This document shows positions 1 to 9,596 of a DNA stretch of 32,000 nucleotides, in pieces. The first letter of the stretch is position 1. Each line of letters opens with the position of its first letter. The position numbers and the translations under genes were made by a program. The stretch is from Okeania sp. (GTDB lineage Bacteria > Cyanobacteriota > Cyanobacteriia > Cyanobacteriales > Microcoleaceae). Location: NCBI RefSeq assembly GCF_035285525.1, contig NZ_JAYKGW010000067.1, positions 1 to 32,000 of the forward strand. Direction: 5' to 3'. Under the pieces are notes generated by a model. That model was not told where the DNA came from. It did not search any database and was given only the letters and a program-made list of their open reading frames with translations.

Positions 1-124
1 TCTGGTCAATGTAGAGAAGAGGGCGGGTTTAGATAAGTCTGGGATTATACAGGGAAATCTCTGGTCAATGTAGAGAAGAGGGCGGGTTTAGATAAGTCTG
101 GGATTATACAGGGAAATCTCTGGT
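1..124. repeat. Exact 59-bp tandem duplication (1-59 = 60-118; a third unit begins at 119). The array may continue past the left window edge.
   Basis: tctggtcaatgtagagaagagggcgggtttagataagtctgggattatacagggaaatc is read twice back to back. It contains the GTAGAGAAGAGGGCGGGTTTA motif, which recurs at 240-260. Confidence 0.9.
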
Positions 125-125
125 A

Positions 126-260
126 AAACCCGCCCCTACAGTATTTTCTCATCAACAGTAGGGGCGAGTTTTATAACGAAAGTTAACGAGTTTTGACGCT
201 TCTGTTAGCTAAACCCGCCCCATAACATATTTTGACGTTGTAGAGAAGAGGGTGGGTTTA
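126..260. repeat. Dispersed hairpin repeat family C (AAACCCGCCCCTAC / GTAGGGGCGGGTTT arms)
   Basis: Arms aaacccgcccctac (126-139) and gtaggggcgagttt (158-171) can pair. Segment 182-221 is the reverse complement of 19987-20026 with 3 mismatches in 40. Confidence 0.8.
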
Positions 261-313
261 GGTAAACTATAAACAGTTATACAAATCAACTTTTGGTTAA
301 ACATTAGATAAAA

Positions 314-1675
314 ATGGAAGAAGATTTACCACAAATATCTGGTCTAGCAACAGTATTAATAGTCATTAATAATCAAATAGTTACCATTCAAATTGATGGA
401 TTTAATGCACCAATAACTGGAGGTAACTTTGTTGATTTAGTAGAACGAAACTTTTATGACAATGTGAGATTTCATCGCATCGAAAATCAACCAGAATTTT
501 CATTAGTTCAAGCCGGGGATCCATTTAGTAGAAATCTAGATATTTCTTTGGAACTTTTAGGCAATGGAAATTTTGTCGATCCGATTACCAATGAGACTAG
601 ATTTATTCCTTTAGAAATTAAAGCTTTAGGTATAGAAAAACCAATTTTTTATAATGAAATAATTTCTCCTCCAGTACGATTACCAAATTTGGAAGGTGCG
701 ATTGGAATGGCTCGTTTAGGAACTTTAAATTCAGCATCTTCTCAATTTTATATTCCTTTAAATGACTTACCAGTATTAGATGGTAGTTTTGCCATTTTTG
801 GTAATGTAATAGATGGGTTAGATGTTATCAAACAAGCAGAATTAGGTGATAGTATTACGGCTGCCAGAGTTACAGAAGGAATAGTTCCTAGTAGAGTTTC
901 AGAAATTATTACTAATACAAATTTGCTCAATAGTTTTATTAATATTGTTAATCGTGCGAATATTCCATTGTCTATTGATTTCTTTGCAGAATTAACTGCT
1001 GAAGATGATATTTTTGAAATTTCTACAAAATTATCTCAAGAAGTATTTGGTGTATTAGCATCGGCAGGAAACGATCAAATTAGAGGTTCAATAATTAATG
1101 ATGTTATTAATGGTAATCAGGGCAATGATAGTTTAGATGGTAGGGATAGTTCTGATTATATTCGAGGGGGAAAAGGGTTGGATTTATTATTTGGCAATCT
1201 TGATGATGATATTCTGAATGGTAATTTAGATAATGATACTTTATTGGGTGGTAAAGGGGATGATTTTTTGCGGGGTGGTAAAGATAATGATTTCTTAGTT
1301 GGTGGTGAAGGAAATGATATTTTAATTGGTGATAGTGGTACTGATAATTTGCGAGGAGAATCTGGTGCAGATACTTTTGTTTTGGCAGTAATTGAAAATC
1401 AAGAGAATAATACTGATACGATAGAAGATTTTAATTTTTTAGAGGGAGATAGAATTGGTGTTTCAGAAGAAATATATAATCTTATTTTTATTCAGCAAGG
1501 TAATAGTACGGTTATTCAAAAAGAAGGAGGAAATAATATTAATAATAATATTCTTGGTATTGTGAATAATTCTTTCGCAGAAGAAGTTAAAAGTGCGACT
1601 TTCTTGGTTGATTTTTCTAATATTTCTATACCTGATGCACTACCTTCTGGAGATGCAGCGTTGAGAATTGGATGA
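314..1675 (+). CDS. Cyclophilin-type peptidyl-prolyl isomerase domain fused to C-terminal RTX (hemolysin-type Ca-binding) nonapeptide repeats; diverged paralog
   Basis: 453-aa ORF. Cyclophilin motifs: NFVDLVERNFYD, FHRI, IGMAR...SASSQFYIPL, LDGSFAIFGNVIDGLDVI. About 9-10 GGxGxD-type repeats follow (GNQGNDSLDG ... GGKGDDFLRGGKDNDFLVGGEGNDILIG). No N-terminal signal peptide. Confidence 0.85.
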   Translation: MEEDLPQISGLATVLIVINNQIVTIQIDGFNAPITGGNFVDLVERNFYDNVRFHRIENQPEFSLVQAGDPFSRNLDISLELLGNGNFVDPITNETRFIPLEIKALGIEKPIFYNEIISPPVRLPNLEGAIGMARLGTLNSASSQFYIPLNDLPVLDGSFAIFGNVIDGLDVIKQAELGDSITAARVTEGIVPSRVSEIITNTNLLNSFINIVNRANIPLSIDFFAELTAEDDIFEISTKLSQEVFGVLASAGNDQIRGSIINDVINGNQGNDSLDGRDSSDYIRGGKGLDLLFGNLDDDILNGNLDNDTLLGGKGDDFLRGGKDNDFLVGGEGNDILIGDSGTDNLRGESGADTFVLAVIENQENNTDTIEDFNFLEGDRIGVSEEIYNLIFIQQGNSTVIQKEGGNNINNNILGIVNNSFAEEVKSATFLVDFSNISIPDALPSGDAALRIG

Positions 1676-1754
1676 TTAGTAAGCATTTAGCTATTTAATG
1701 GCTAACTTTGGAATGTTTATTGTTATGAAAAAATCTCTTTTAAAAAAAAATTGT

Positions 1755-1922
1755 GTAAGTATTCAGCTATTAGCTATCAGTTTTTTAATGAATAAAGCAA
1801 ACATTTGCTTAACTTAATAACTATATTGTTAATTAGAGAATTGAAGCGCAATAGCGACTAGGTCTAGTTATCAACTAAAAGTAATGAATCTATTAGCTGA
1901 TGGCTAACTGCTGAATGCTTGC
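1755..1922. mobile_element. MITE-like element, family B (terminal inverted repeats GTAAGyATTCAGCTATTAGCTATCAG)
   Basis: Left end gtaagtattcagctattagctatcag. The right end ctgatggctaactgctgaatgcttgc is its imperfect reverse complement. No ORF. Same ends at 20537-20675, 20769-20945 and 29818-30002. Confidence 0.65.
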
Positions 1923-2024
1923 ATTTTTGTTCTTAATTGAATCAGTTTTTATCGGCAGTTAAATCAGCAATCTAATCTAATATAATAAAATAAAAAATTA
2001 TGAACAATTGGAGTTAACTAACTA

Positions 2025-3413
2025 ATGGACGAAACACAGGAGTTTTTAGAACAACTGGGCTTACCTGACCTAGAAGGCCAAAATGTGGTAGTAGAAATGG
2101 TCGTACAGAGGACATCACAAGCAGATTCTGAAACTCAAGAAGAAACCCAAAAAGAAAAAATTACTCTTCAACTTGATTCCTCAAGCGCTCCAGTGACAGC
2201 AGCTAACTTTGTTGACTTGGTAGAGAAAGATTTTTATGATTCTCTAGCATTCCACAGATTTGTAGAAGGTTTTGTGATTCAAGGTGGAGACCCCCAAGGT
2301 CGAGACCCTGATTTTCCCATTGATGATTTAGGTTCAGGAGGTTATATTGACCCAGAAACAGGTGAGGAACGAGAAATACCTCTGGAAATTCAAGTTGCAG
2401 AAACAGGAGAAATTTTCTATAACGAAATAGTTGATGCACCTGTAACTTTATCTAATACAGCAGGGGTAATAGCTATGGCTCGTACTCAAGTATTAGATAC
2501 CGCTTCTTCCCAGTTTTATATTCCTGTAGAAGATGTTAGTGAACAGTTGGATGGTGGTTATGCGGTATTTGGTGAAGTGACTGATGGTTTTGATGTTGTA
2601 CAAGAACTTCGAGAAGGCGATCGCATTGTTATTGCTAGGGTTGTAGAAGGAGAGATTCCTACGAGGGTATCAGATATTGTGCTTGACTTTGATTTACTTA
2701 ATGAATATGCTAACCAGGATGGCGCAAATAAGATCAACTTTCTGGTGCCAACGGATACAAACTCTGACGACTTTGGATTTACTCCAACTAATGATAATGA
2801 TTCAGATATTCAGGGACCTATATTGGCTGCTAGTCAGGTTAATGAGAATGACCCTACTGATGGTGATGATAGACTTACCATGAGTCAAGTTGATGATTCC
2901 TCTTTAACAATGATGGGTTTAGAAGGTAATGATGAGATACAAGGTACTGATGGTAATAATATTCTCAGTGGCAATCAAGATAATGATTCCCTTCTTGGTT
3001 TACAAGGTGATGACTGGTTAAGAGGTGGAAAGGGAAATGATACTTTGATAGGTGGAAGAGGAGATGATTATTTAATTGGCGATCGCGGTGTTGATGTTTT
3101 AACAGGTGGTGAGGGTGTAGATAGTTTTATTCTGCAAGTTAATATTGTGGAACTGGATGAGATAAATGAAATAGACCAAGCTACAAGAATTACTGACTTT
3201 AGTTTTACAGATGGTGATGAAATTCTTGTAGTTGCTGATGCTGACTTTATTCCTGATGAAGATTTAAGTTATCAATCTATTGATGGAGATACTGTAATTA
3301 GAACTTTGGGTAGTGGTTTGATATTAGGAGTAGTTGAAAACTCTGTTATAGAGGATGTTGAAAGTAGCATTTTTGTAGTTAGTTCTGATGATTATGCTCT
3401 CCGTTTTGGTTAA
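2025..3413 (+). CDS. Cyclophilin-type peptidyl-prolyl isomerase fused to C-terminal RTX Ca-binding repeats
   Basis: 462-aa ORF. Near-canonical cyclophilin motifs: FHRFVEGFVIQGGDPQG, IAMARTQVLDTASSQFYIPV, LDGGYAVFGEVTDGFDVV. About 7 nonapeptides follow (GNQDNDSLLGLQGDDWLRGGKGNDTLIGGRGDDYLIGDRGVDVLTGGEGVDSF). Acidic N-terminus, no signal peptide. Confidence 0.9.
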   Translation: MDETQEFLEQLGLPDLEGQNVVVEMVVQRTSQADSETQEETQKEKITLQLDSSSAPVTAANFVDLVEKDFYDSLAFHRFVEGFVIQGGDPQGRDPDFPIDDLGSGGYIDPETGEEREIPLEIQVAETGEIFYNEIVDAPVTLSNTAGVIAMARTQVLDTASSQFYIPVEDVSEQLDGGYAVFGEVTDGFDVVQELREGDRIVIARVVEGEIPTRVSDIVLDFDLLNEYANQDGANKINFLVPTDTNSDDFGFTPTNDNDSDIQGPILAASQVNENDPTDGDDRLTMSQVDDSSLTMMGLEGNDEIQGTDGNNILSGNQDNDSLLGLQGDDWLRGGKGNDTLIGGRGDDYLIGDRGVDVLTGGEGVDSFILQVNIVELDEINEIDQATRITDFSFTDGDEILVVADADFIPDEDLSYQSIDGDTVIRTLGSGLILGVVENSVIEDVESSIFVVSSDDYALRFG

Positions 3414-3673
3414 TTAATGGCTTTTTAGTTATCAGTAACTTTTGCTGAATGATTACCGAATAAATTGATAATTAGAGATAGTTTTTATCAACTGGAGAGT
3501 ACAAATTAAAAATTTAGAATTAAGAATTAGAGAGTATACTGCAAAGTATAATTGGAAAAGGCTTACAGCATTTAAAGTTCCGAATATAAAGTTTCTTACC
3601 TTTAGATAGCTGAAAGCCTTAGCTACTAATCATTATTCCTATAAATTTGTACTGTCTAGTTATCAATTATTAA

Positions 3674-3934
3674 TTAGGGTCTGCTGATTTATCGGGAACC
3701 GTAAAAGTCTTTTAGCAGTGGTAAGGAGCCATAATCCAGCAATCCTGCAATCCAGGAGGAATGCGAATTTAGAACATTTAGTGAGAATATTATCCCTTGA
3801 TTTTTTTTGTAATTATTCTGCTCCAAATCCTAACTTTTTGGTTGCTTAAGGTCAAAAAGTTGTACTTTTTTCACACTAAAAAAGGTGCAAACTTTTACCA
3901 CTAAAAGCTTTTCTATTTATTCAGCAAGCCCTAA
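3674..3934. mobile_element. MITE-like element, family A (terminal inverted repeats TTAGGGyTTGCTGA)
   Basis: Left end ttagggtctgctgatttatcgggaaccgtaaaagtcttttag; right end tcagcaagccctaa. The left end is the reverse complement of the right end of the copy at 28794-29065. No ORF. Confidence 0.7.
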
Positions 3935-3982
3935 TTATTAATTATTCATTATTAATTATTCATTAATAAAATAGCTTTAACA

Positions 3983-4660
3983 ATGAAATTTTTAGCAACT
4001 ATTATTTTCCTTATTTTTTTCATCTATTTTTGTTTATCTGCACCCGTTATGGCAGCTAATTCTGAAGATATTAATCATCTTTTACAAAATAATTGGTGTG
4101 TATCATTCTTATGGAAACAATGTGACCTAAGTAAAGCAGATTTACATGGAATTAATTTAAAAGATGCTAACCTTGAAGGAGCTAATTTAACAGGTGTAAA
4201 TTTTCAAGGTGCAGATTTGAATGGAGCTAACCTTTCGGGAGCTAATTTAACAGGAGCTAATTTAGAAAAGGTTAACTTATATAGAGCAAATATTAACAGA
4301 GCAAATTTAACAAATGCTAATTTAACTAACACTCATTTATTAGAAACTGATTTAACTTTGGCTAATTTAACTAATGCTAATTTAACTAATGCTAATTTAT
4401 TAGAGGCAAGGCTATGGGGAGCAAGTTTGATAGGAGCTAATTTAAGTAGTGCTAGTCTCCGTGGTACTAACTTAGAATATGCTAATCTTGCTAATACTAA
4501 TTTGAGTGGAGCAGATTTTCATAGTTTCTTTTTCCGAGGTTATAAACAAAAAACTAATTTAAGTAATGCTAATTTGGAAGGTGCAATGATTGCTAATACA
4601 GATTTAAAAGGAGTAATTATGGGAGGAACTATTATGCCTGATGGTTCAATAAATAAGTAA
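3983..4660 (+). CDS. Pentapeptide-repeat protein with N-terminal signal peptide
   Basis: 225-aa ORF. Hydrophobic N-terminus ending in VMA-AN, then a long run of A(N/D)LxG/N pentapeptides (ANLEGANLTGVNFQGADLNGANLSGANLTGANL...). Confidence 0.9.
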   Translation: MKFLATIIFLIFFIYFCLSAPVMAANSEDINHLLQNNWCVSFLWKQCDLSKADLHGINLKDANLEGANLTGVNFQGADLNGANLSGANLTGANLEKVNLYRANINRANLTNANLTNTHLLETDLTLANLTNANLTNANLLEARLWGASLIGANLSSASLRGTNLEYANLANTNLSGADFHSFFFRGYKQKTNLSNANLEGAMIANTDLKGVIMGGTIMPDGSINK

Positions 4661-4705
4661 GAAGGAAGAAAGAAGAAAGAAGAAGGAACAAGAAAGAAGA
4701 ATAAA

Positions 4706-5002
4706 TAGGGTTTGATGAAAAAGTCTTTTTTCAACAGTAGGGAAGCAGGAGAACAAAAGTAATTTTTTTGTTCAACGATATGTCTAATATCAAATCCGGC
4801 AGTATCATTAGAATTTAATATCGTAGGGGTTTGGTCTCCAAACCCTGTACAAACTAGCATTTTTCCCTATTTACAGCAGTTTTCGTTTCAGTAAACCACA
4901 GTAGGGAAGTTGCATAAGGGCGTCCCTACGAGATGTTGGTTATGGCTCCGGTGGTTCATCGAGAGTGAAAAGCGCTGTAAGACTTTCTACAACCAAACCC
5001 TA
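4706..5002. mobile_element. MITE-like element related to family A (ends TAGGGTTTGrT...AAAGTCTT)
   Basis: Left tagggtttgatgaaaaagtctttt; right gtaagactttctacaaccaaacccta, the reverse complement of a similar end. Internal perfect palindrome gggtttgg-tct-ccaaaccc (4827-4845). Track ORFs 4540-4860 and 4910-5098 lie in it and look spurious. Confidence 0.6.
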
Positions 5003-5040
5003 ATTAGAGATAATTTTTATTATCAATTATCAATTATTCA

Positions 5041-8000
5041 TTATTCATTATCCATTAAATCAGGACACTTAAAACTTACTGTCCCCAGTCGTACATGAGA
5101 ACCATCTTTAAAAACAGCTTCTAACAAAATTTTCGACTCTGGTACAATTTCAGCTACTTCTATTTCTCCCCAAAAACCAGAATGTTGAGCACCAGGATAA
5201 CCAGGATGAATATGACCTACATCTGGACGATGTATATTAGCAGGAATATTATCGCGCAAAACTTTTCGTGAACCACTTAAAAAAGTTAGTTTAACTACTA
5301 CTGGTTGAGAATTTCTTCCTACTGCCCATCCACCTATACAAATAGAATTAACATTATATTCTACTCCAGGTTTAGGTACATCTATAGAACAACCGACTAT
5401 TTCTGCATCTTTTTCAAATATACTAACAGCAACTTCTACATTTGTTTGAATCCTTAAACTAAAATCTTCATGCTGTCTAGTTAAATGAGGATGATAGCAA
5501 GGATCGGCATCTATTAAATGTTTCCACCTCTGTTTTGCTGTCTGAATTTCTTGTTGGAAACGACGTTGTTTTTTGCCAGTATTTTCTACTCCCCGACTTT
5601 TTGATTCATGGTGATATAAAACAACATGAGGTAAGTAAACATTTCGATAACCTTGATGGTGCATTTTTAAGCATAAATCTACATCATTAAATGCTACTTC
5701 TAACCCTTCATCAAACTCACCAACTTTATCAAATACTTCTCGACGACACATTAAACAAGCAGCAGTTACAGCACAATAATTATTCACAGAAATAAGTTGA
5801 CCTTTATATCCAGTATCTGTAGGAGCAAAACCTCGGTGACTATGATCTGCAACACTCCGCATTCCTAACACAACTCCAGCGTGTTGAACTGTATCATCTG
5901 GATATAATAATAAGGCTCCGACAGCTCCTATGGTTTTTCTTTGCGCTTGTTCAACCATTGCTTCTATCCAGTCAGCAGTTATTATCTCTGTATCATTATT
6001 TAGGAATAGTAAATAATCACCTTCTGCTTTTTCTACAGCAAAATTATTGATCTTAGAAAAGTTAAAAGGAATATCTAACTCATAACATTTGAAACGTTCT
6101 GGTTGTTTCTTTTTCCAACCCTCAATAATATCTAAAGTTTCCTGTTCATCACTACCATTATCAATCAGTATTACTTCATAATTTGGATAAGTAGTTTTGG
6201 TAAAGATTGACTGTAGACATCTATCTAAAATATTCCCTAAATTTCTAGTAGGAATGATAATACTGACTAACTTTTTCTCTGGAATTTGATACCGAACTCG
6301 ATAGAAACCAGGATGTTCAGGTACATTATAAGCTGTTCCTATTTCTCCCCTTCTGGTTAATGCTTCTTCTATTGCTTTTTTAGCAGTTTGTTCTGATATT
6401 TGTAAATCTATTTCTGTTACTTCATTCTCAGAAATTCTGCTGTGATAAAATACTTTAGGAATATGGAATATTTTTTCAGTTATCTCGGTTAAACGGAGAA
6501 TTAAATCATATTCACAACTACTTTCATATCCCACTCGAAAACCATTCAATTTTTCCAATAATTCTCGGCGATATATACACAAATGACCTGTATACATTCG
6601 GGATAAAAATGAATCTGGGCACCAATCTGGTTTAAAGTGTGGTTCAATAAATTCTCCTTCACTGGTCACTTTATCTTCATCAGAATAAATCATATCTGAA
6701 TCCCGACGTTTATTCAGAAATTCTGCTATTTCATAGAGAGTATCTGGAGTTAAAATATCGTCAGAATTTAAGAGAGCCACAAAATCTCCTTTTGCTAAAG
6801 CTAAAGCAGAATTTAAGTCTGTAGCAATATCTTGATTTTCACTTTTTAAGACTAATTTAATTCTGGTTTCTGTCTGTAAATATTGAGGAAGTTCCTTAGC
6901 AATATAACAAAGTTCCCAGTTAGGATAAACTTGATAAATTAATGATTCAATTGTCTCTTCAAAATGAGGAGATAATTGTTTCTCTACCAAGATAATACTA
7001 ATCAATGGTTGATATCCGAAAAATTCTATATTTTCCGACATTTTGTTTAGTTTATCTGAGTTAGGTAAGTTTACCTTACACCACAATTCATATAAATAAT
7101 CTTTTTCTTTTTCTCTTGTATATTTAACAGGTTTAATATTTACTGAAGTTGAAATATCTGGAGATAAATTTTCTGGGGAGCTAACTGGAGTTGATATAAC
7201 TGGAGTTAAACTTTTCCGTGAATCATTAACCTTAATTTCTGACTTTATTTCAGGTAAATAATGTTTGACTTTCCTCTTTTTATGAGATGATATCTTTTCT
7301 AATTCTGCCTGAATTTCTTCATTGTCTGGATTAATCTGTAAACCTAACTGATAAAAAGCGATCGCTCCAGCTTTTTTACCTTTTTTGACTAATGTATTAG
7401 CTAATTGTAAATAAAGTGTATCATCTTCTGGATCGACCTCTAGTGCTTTGTGATAAAGTTGCTCATTTTCGGGGTTAACTTCTATCGCTTTCCTATACCA
7501 TTTAGCTGATTCTTTTAAATCTAATGTAGCCCGTTTTTTCAAAGCATCTCCTAATATTTGATAAGCTTCTGGTATATCTTCTTTTAATTCTAAAGCGCGA
7601 CGATAGGGTTCTATTGCTTCTTGCCAACTTCCTATCTTCCAAAGAGCATTTCCTAAATTAAAATAAGACCAAGTTAGGCTAAAGTCTGATGCTTCGGGAT
7701 TTAATTCTATAGCTTTACGATAAGGTGCAACTGCTTCTTCCCATTTCTCTAATTTTACTAGACAATTTGCTAAGTTATTATGAGACCAAAGAAAGTCAGG
7801 ATTTAACTCTATAGCTTTGCGGTAAGCGTTGACAGCTTCTTCCCATTTTTCCAAATTTTTCAGAGCTTCTCCTAAACCATGATGATACCAAGAATTATCT
7901 GGTTTATTTTCACTTGCTTTTTGATAGACAGTAGCAGCTTTTTCCCATTTCTCTTCTTGGGAGAAAATTTCTCCTAATTTGCCGTAAGGTACATCATCTT

Positions 8001-9552
8001 GTGGATAAATTTCTGTTGCTAAAGTGTAAGCTTTAACTGCCTCTTCTACTTTTCCTTGTTCTTGGAAAACTTCACCAGTCTTATAATAAATACTTCCTAT
8101 TTTTTCCTTAATTTCTGAATTATTTGAATCTAACTTTTCAGCTTTTCGATAATTTTGTAAAGCTAGCTGTAATTGCCCTTGTTTCAAGAAAATATCCCCT
8201 AATTTTTGACAAGCTTCTAAATTATTAGGATTAACAGATAATACTCTTTCATAACAAGCGATCGCCTGTTGTAGTTGACCATTTTCACTAAAATTATTTC
8301 CTATTAGTAGAAAGTCTGCTACTGACACTTTTTCTGGTTCTAATTTTAGTGCTTCATAGAGATATTCTGCTGCTTCTGCTGGTTGATTAATTTGATTATA
8401 AACTTTCGCTAAATTTCGATATGCTCCAGCAAAGTCTGGTTTAATTGCTATTGCTCTTCTATAAGATTGTATAGCTTTTTCTGCCTCTTTTTGTTGAGCA
8501 AATATCGTTCCCATATTTGCATATACTTCCCCAAAATCAGGTTTAATTTCTAATGCTTTTTTATACCAATCTAATGCTTCTGGTAATTTACCCATAGCGT
8601 GTAAAGAATTGCCTATTATTTTATAAGCTTTGGGTTCTGGTTTGATCTTAATAATTTGCTGACTAAGAGTAATTGCTTCCTGCCATCTTTTTTGGATAAA
8701 ATAAGTTTCTGCCTCAACTATATAAGCTTCTATATTTTCAGTATTAACTATCGGCACATTTGGTTGAGGAGGAATATCATTGTTATTTGTGGCAACAACC
8801 AAAGTATCACTACCACTTGAATCTAATTTTCTACCAATTCTTCTATTAATTAAATTATCTTGACTAGCTGATACTAAAGTATCTCCAAAATCTTCTATTT
8901 TTGCACCAGTTCCTCCCAGTTCAATAGCTTTCCTGAAACAAACTGTCGCTTCATCTAATTTGTTTTGTCTTTTTAAAGCTTCTCCTAAATTTTGATAAGC
9001 TTCTGAAGAATTACTATTTAATTTAATTGCTATCCGATAACAAGATATTGCTTCGTTTAAACTACCCTGTTGCTGAAGAGTTTTTCCTAAATTAATCGCT
9101 TCTTCTGAAGATGATTTTTCTGGTTCTATAGACAATATCTTATACTGACAATATGTAGCAGATTTTTGGTTGCCTAAACGTAACCAAATTTTCGTCATGT
9201 TACGATATGCTCCAGCAAAATCTGGTTTTATTTCTACAGCTTTTTGATAATAAGATATTGCCTCTTGCCATTTTTCCTGGATGGCATATAAACTACCTAA
9301 ATTAGCACATACTTCCGGCCAGTCTGATTGAATTTCTAATGCCTTTTTGTACCAAATTTCTGCATCTGCTAACTTCCCTTGTACTTGCAAAGCATTACCT
9401 AAAGTTTTATATGCAGGAGCATAACTTGGTTCGATTTTTATTGCTAATTTACAGGAGGCTATAACTTCATCAAATTTCTTTTCGGTTAAATAAGCTTCTG
9501 CTTTTTCGTGGAAATTTTCTACTGCACTTTTAGAAGGGTTTGTTAATACCAT
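5041..9552 (-). CDS. Large multidomain protein: N-terminal TPR array (~730 aa), two family-2 glycosyltransferase domains and a C-terminal ~130-aa domain
   Basis: 1503-aa uninterrupted ORF. Many 34-aa TPR units (AxxYxxLGNALxxxGKxxEAIxxYxKALEIxPD). GT2 signatures: ISIILVEKQ...NSDDILTPD...YSDEDK and VSIIIPTRN...VILIDNGSDE...LFLNNDTEI. Confidence 0.9.
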   Translation of the reverse strand: MVLTNPSKSAVENFHEKAEAYLTEKKFDEVIASCKLAIKIEPSYAPAYKTLGNALQVQGKLADAEIWYKKALEIQSDWPEVCANLGSLYAIQEKWQEAISYYQKAVEIKPDFAGAYRNMTKIWLRLGNQKSATYCQYKILSIEPEKSSSEEAINLGKTLQQQGSLNEAISCYRIAIKLNSNSSEAYQNLGEALKRQNKLDEATVCFRKAIELGGTGAKIEDFGDTLVSASQDNLINRRIGRKLDSSGSDTLVVATNNNDIPPQPNVPIVNTENIEAYIVEAETYFIQKRWQEAITLSQQIIKIKPEPKAYKIIGNSLHAMGKLPEALDWYKKALEIKPDFGEVYANMGTIFAQQKEAEKAIQSYRRAIAIKPDFAGAYRNLAKVYNQINQPAEAAEYLYEALKLEPEKVSVADFLLIGNNFSENGQLQQAIACYERVLSVNPNNLEACQKLGDIFLKQGQLQLALQNYRKAEKLDSNNSEIKEKIGSIYYKTGEVFQEQGKVEEAVKAYTLATEIYPQDDVPYGKLGEIFSQEEKWEKAATVYQKASENKPDNSWYHHGLGEALKNLEKWEEAVNAYRKAIELNPDFLWSHNNLANCLVKLEKWEEAVAPYRKAIELNPEASDFSLTWSYFNLGNALWKIGSWQEAIEPYRRALELKEDIPEAYQILGDALKKRATLDLKESAKWYRKAIEVNPENEQLYHKALEVDPEDDTLYLQLANTLVKKGKKAGAIAFYQLGLQINPDNEEIQAELEKISSHKKRKVKHYLPEIKSEIKVNDSRKSLTPVISTPVSSPENLSPDISTSVNIKPVKYTREKEKDYLYELWCKVNLPNSDKLNKMSENIEFFGYQPLISIILVEKQLSPHFEETIESLIYQVYPNWELCYIAKELPQYLQTETRIKLVLKSENQDIATDLNSALALAKGDFVALLNSDDILTPDTLYEIAEFLNKRRDSDMIYSDEDKVTSEGEFIEPHFKPDWCPDSFLSRMYTGHLCIYRRELLEKLNGFRVGYESSCEYDLILRLTEITEKIFHIPKVFYHSRISENEVTEIDLQISEQTAKKAIEEALTRRGEIGTAYNVPEHPGFYRVRYQIPEKKLVSIIIPTRNLGNILDRCLQSIFTKTTYPNYEVILIDNGSDEQETLDIIEGWKKKQPERFKCYELDIPFNFSKINNFAVEKAEGDYLLFLNNDTEIITADWIEAMVEQAQRKTIGAVGALLLYPDDTVQHAGVVLGMRSVADHSHRGFAPTDTGYKGQLISVNNYCAVTAACLMCRREVFDKVGEFDEGLEVAFNDVDLCLKMHHQGYRNVYLPHVVLYHHESKSRGVENTGKKQRRFQQEIQTAKQRWKHLIDADPCYHPHLTRQHEDFSLRIQTNVEVAVSIFEKDAEIVGCSIDVPKPGVEYNVNSICIGGWAVGRNSQPVVVKLTFLSGSRKVLRDNIPANIHRPDVGHIHPGYPGAQHSGFWGEIEVAEIVPESKILLEAVFKDGSHVRLGTVSFKCPDLMDNE

Positions 9553-9596
9553 TTTCTCTTTTTTTTAGGGAACACTTAACTGGGAATAGGTATGGA

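Noticed and set aside
748-2883. Short ORFs 748-930 (-), 2203-2439 (-) and 2677-2883 (+) inside the cyclophilin-RTX genes
   Set aside because: They are fully nested in longer ORFs that have clear domain signatures.
4540-5098. Track ORFs 4540-4860 (-) and 4910-5098 (+)
   Set aside because: They lie in the purine-rich tract and MITE-like element or overlap neighbouring gene ends. They have low-complexity sequence and no motifs.
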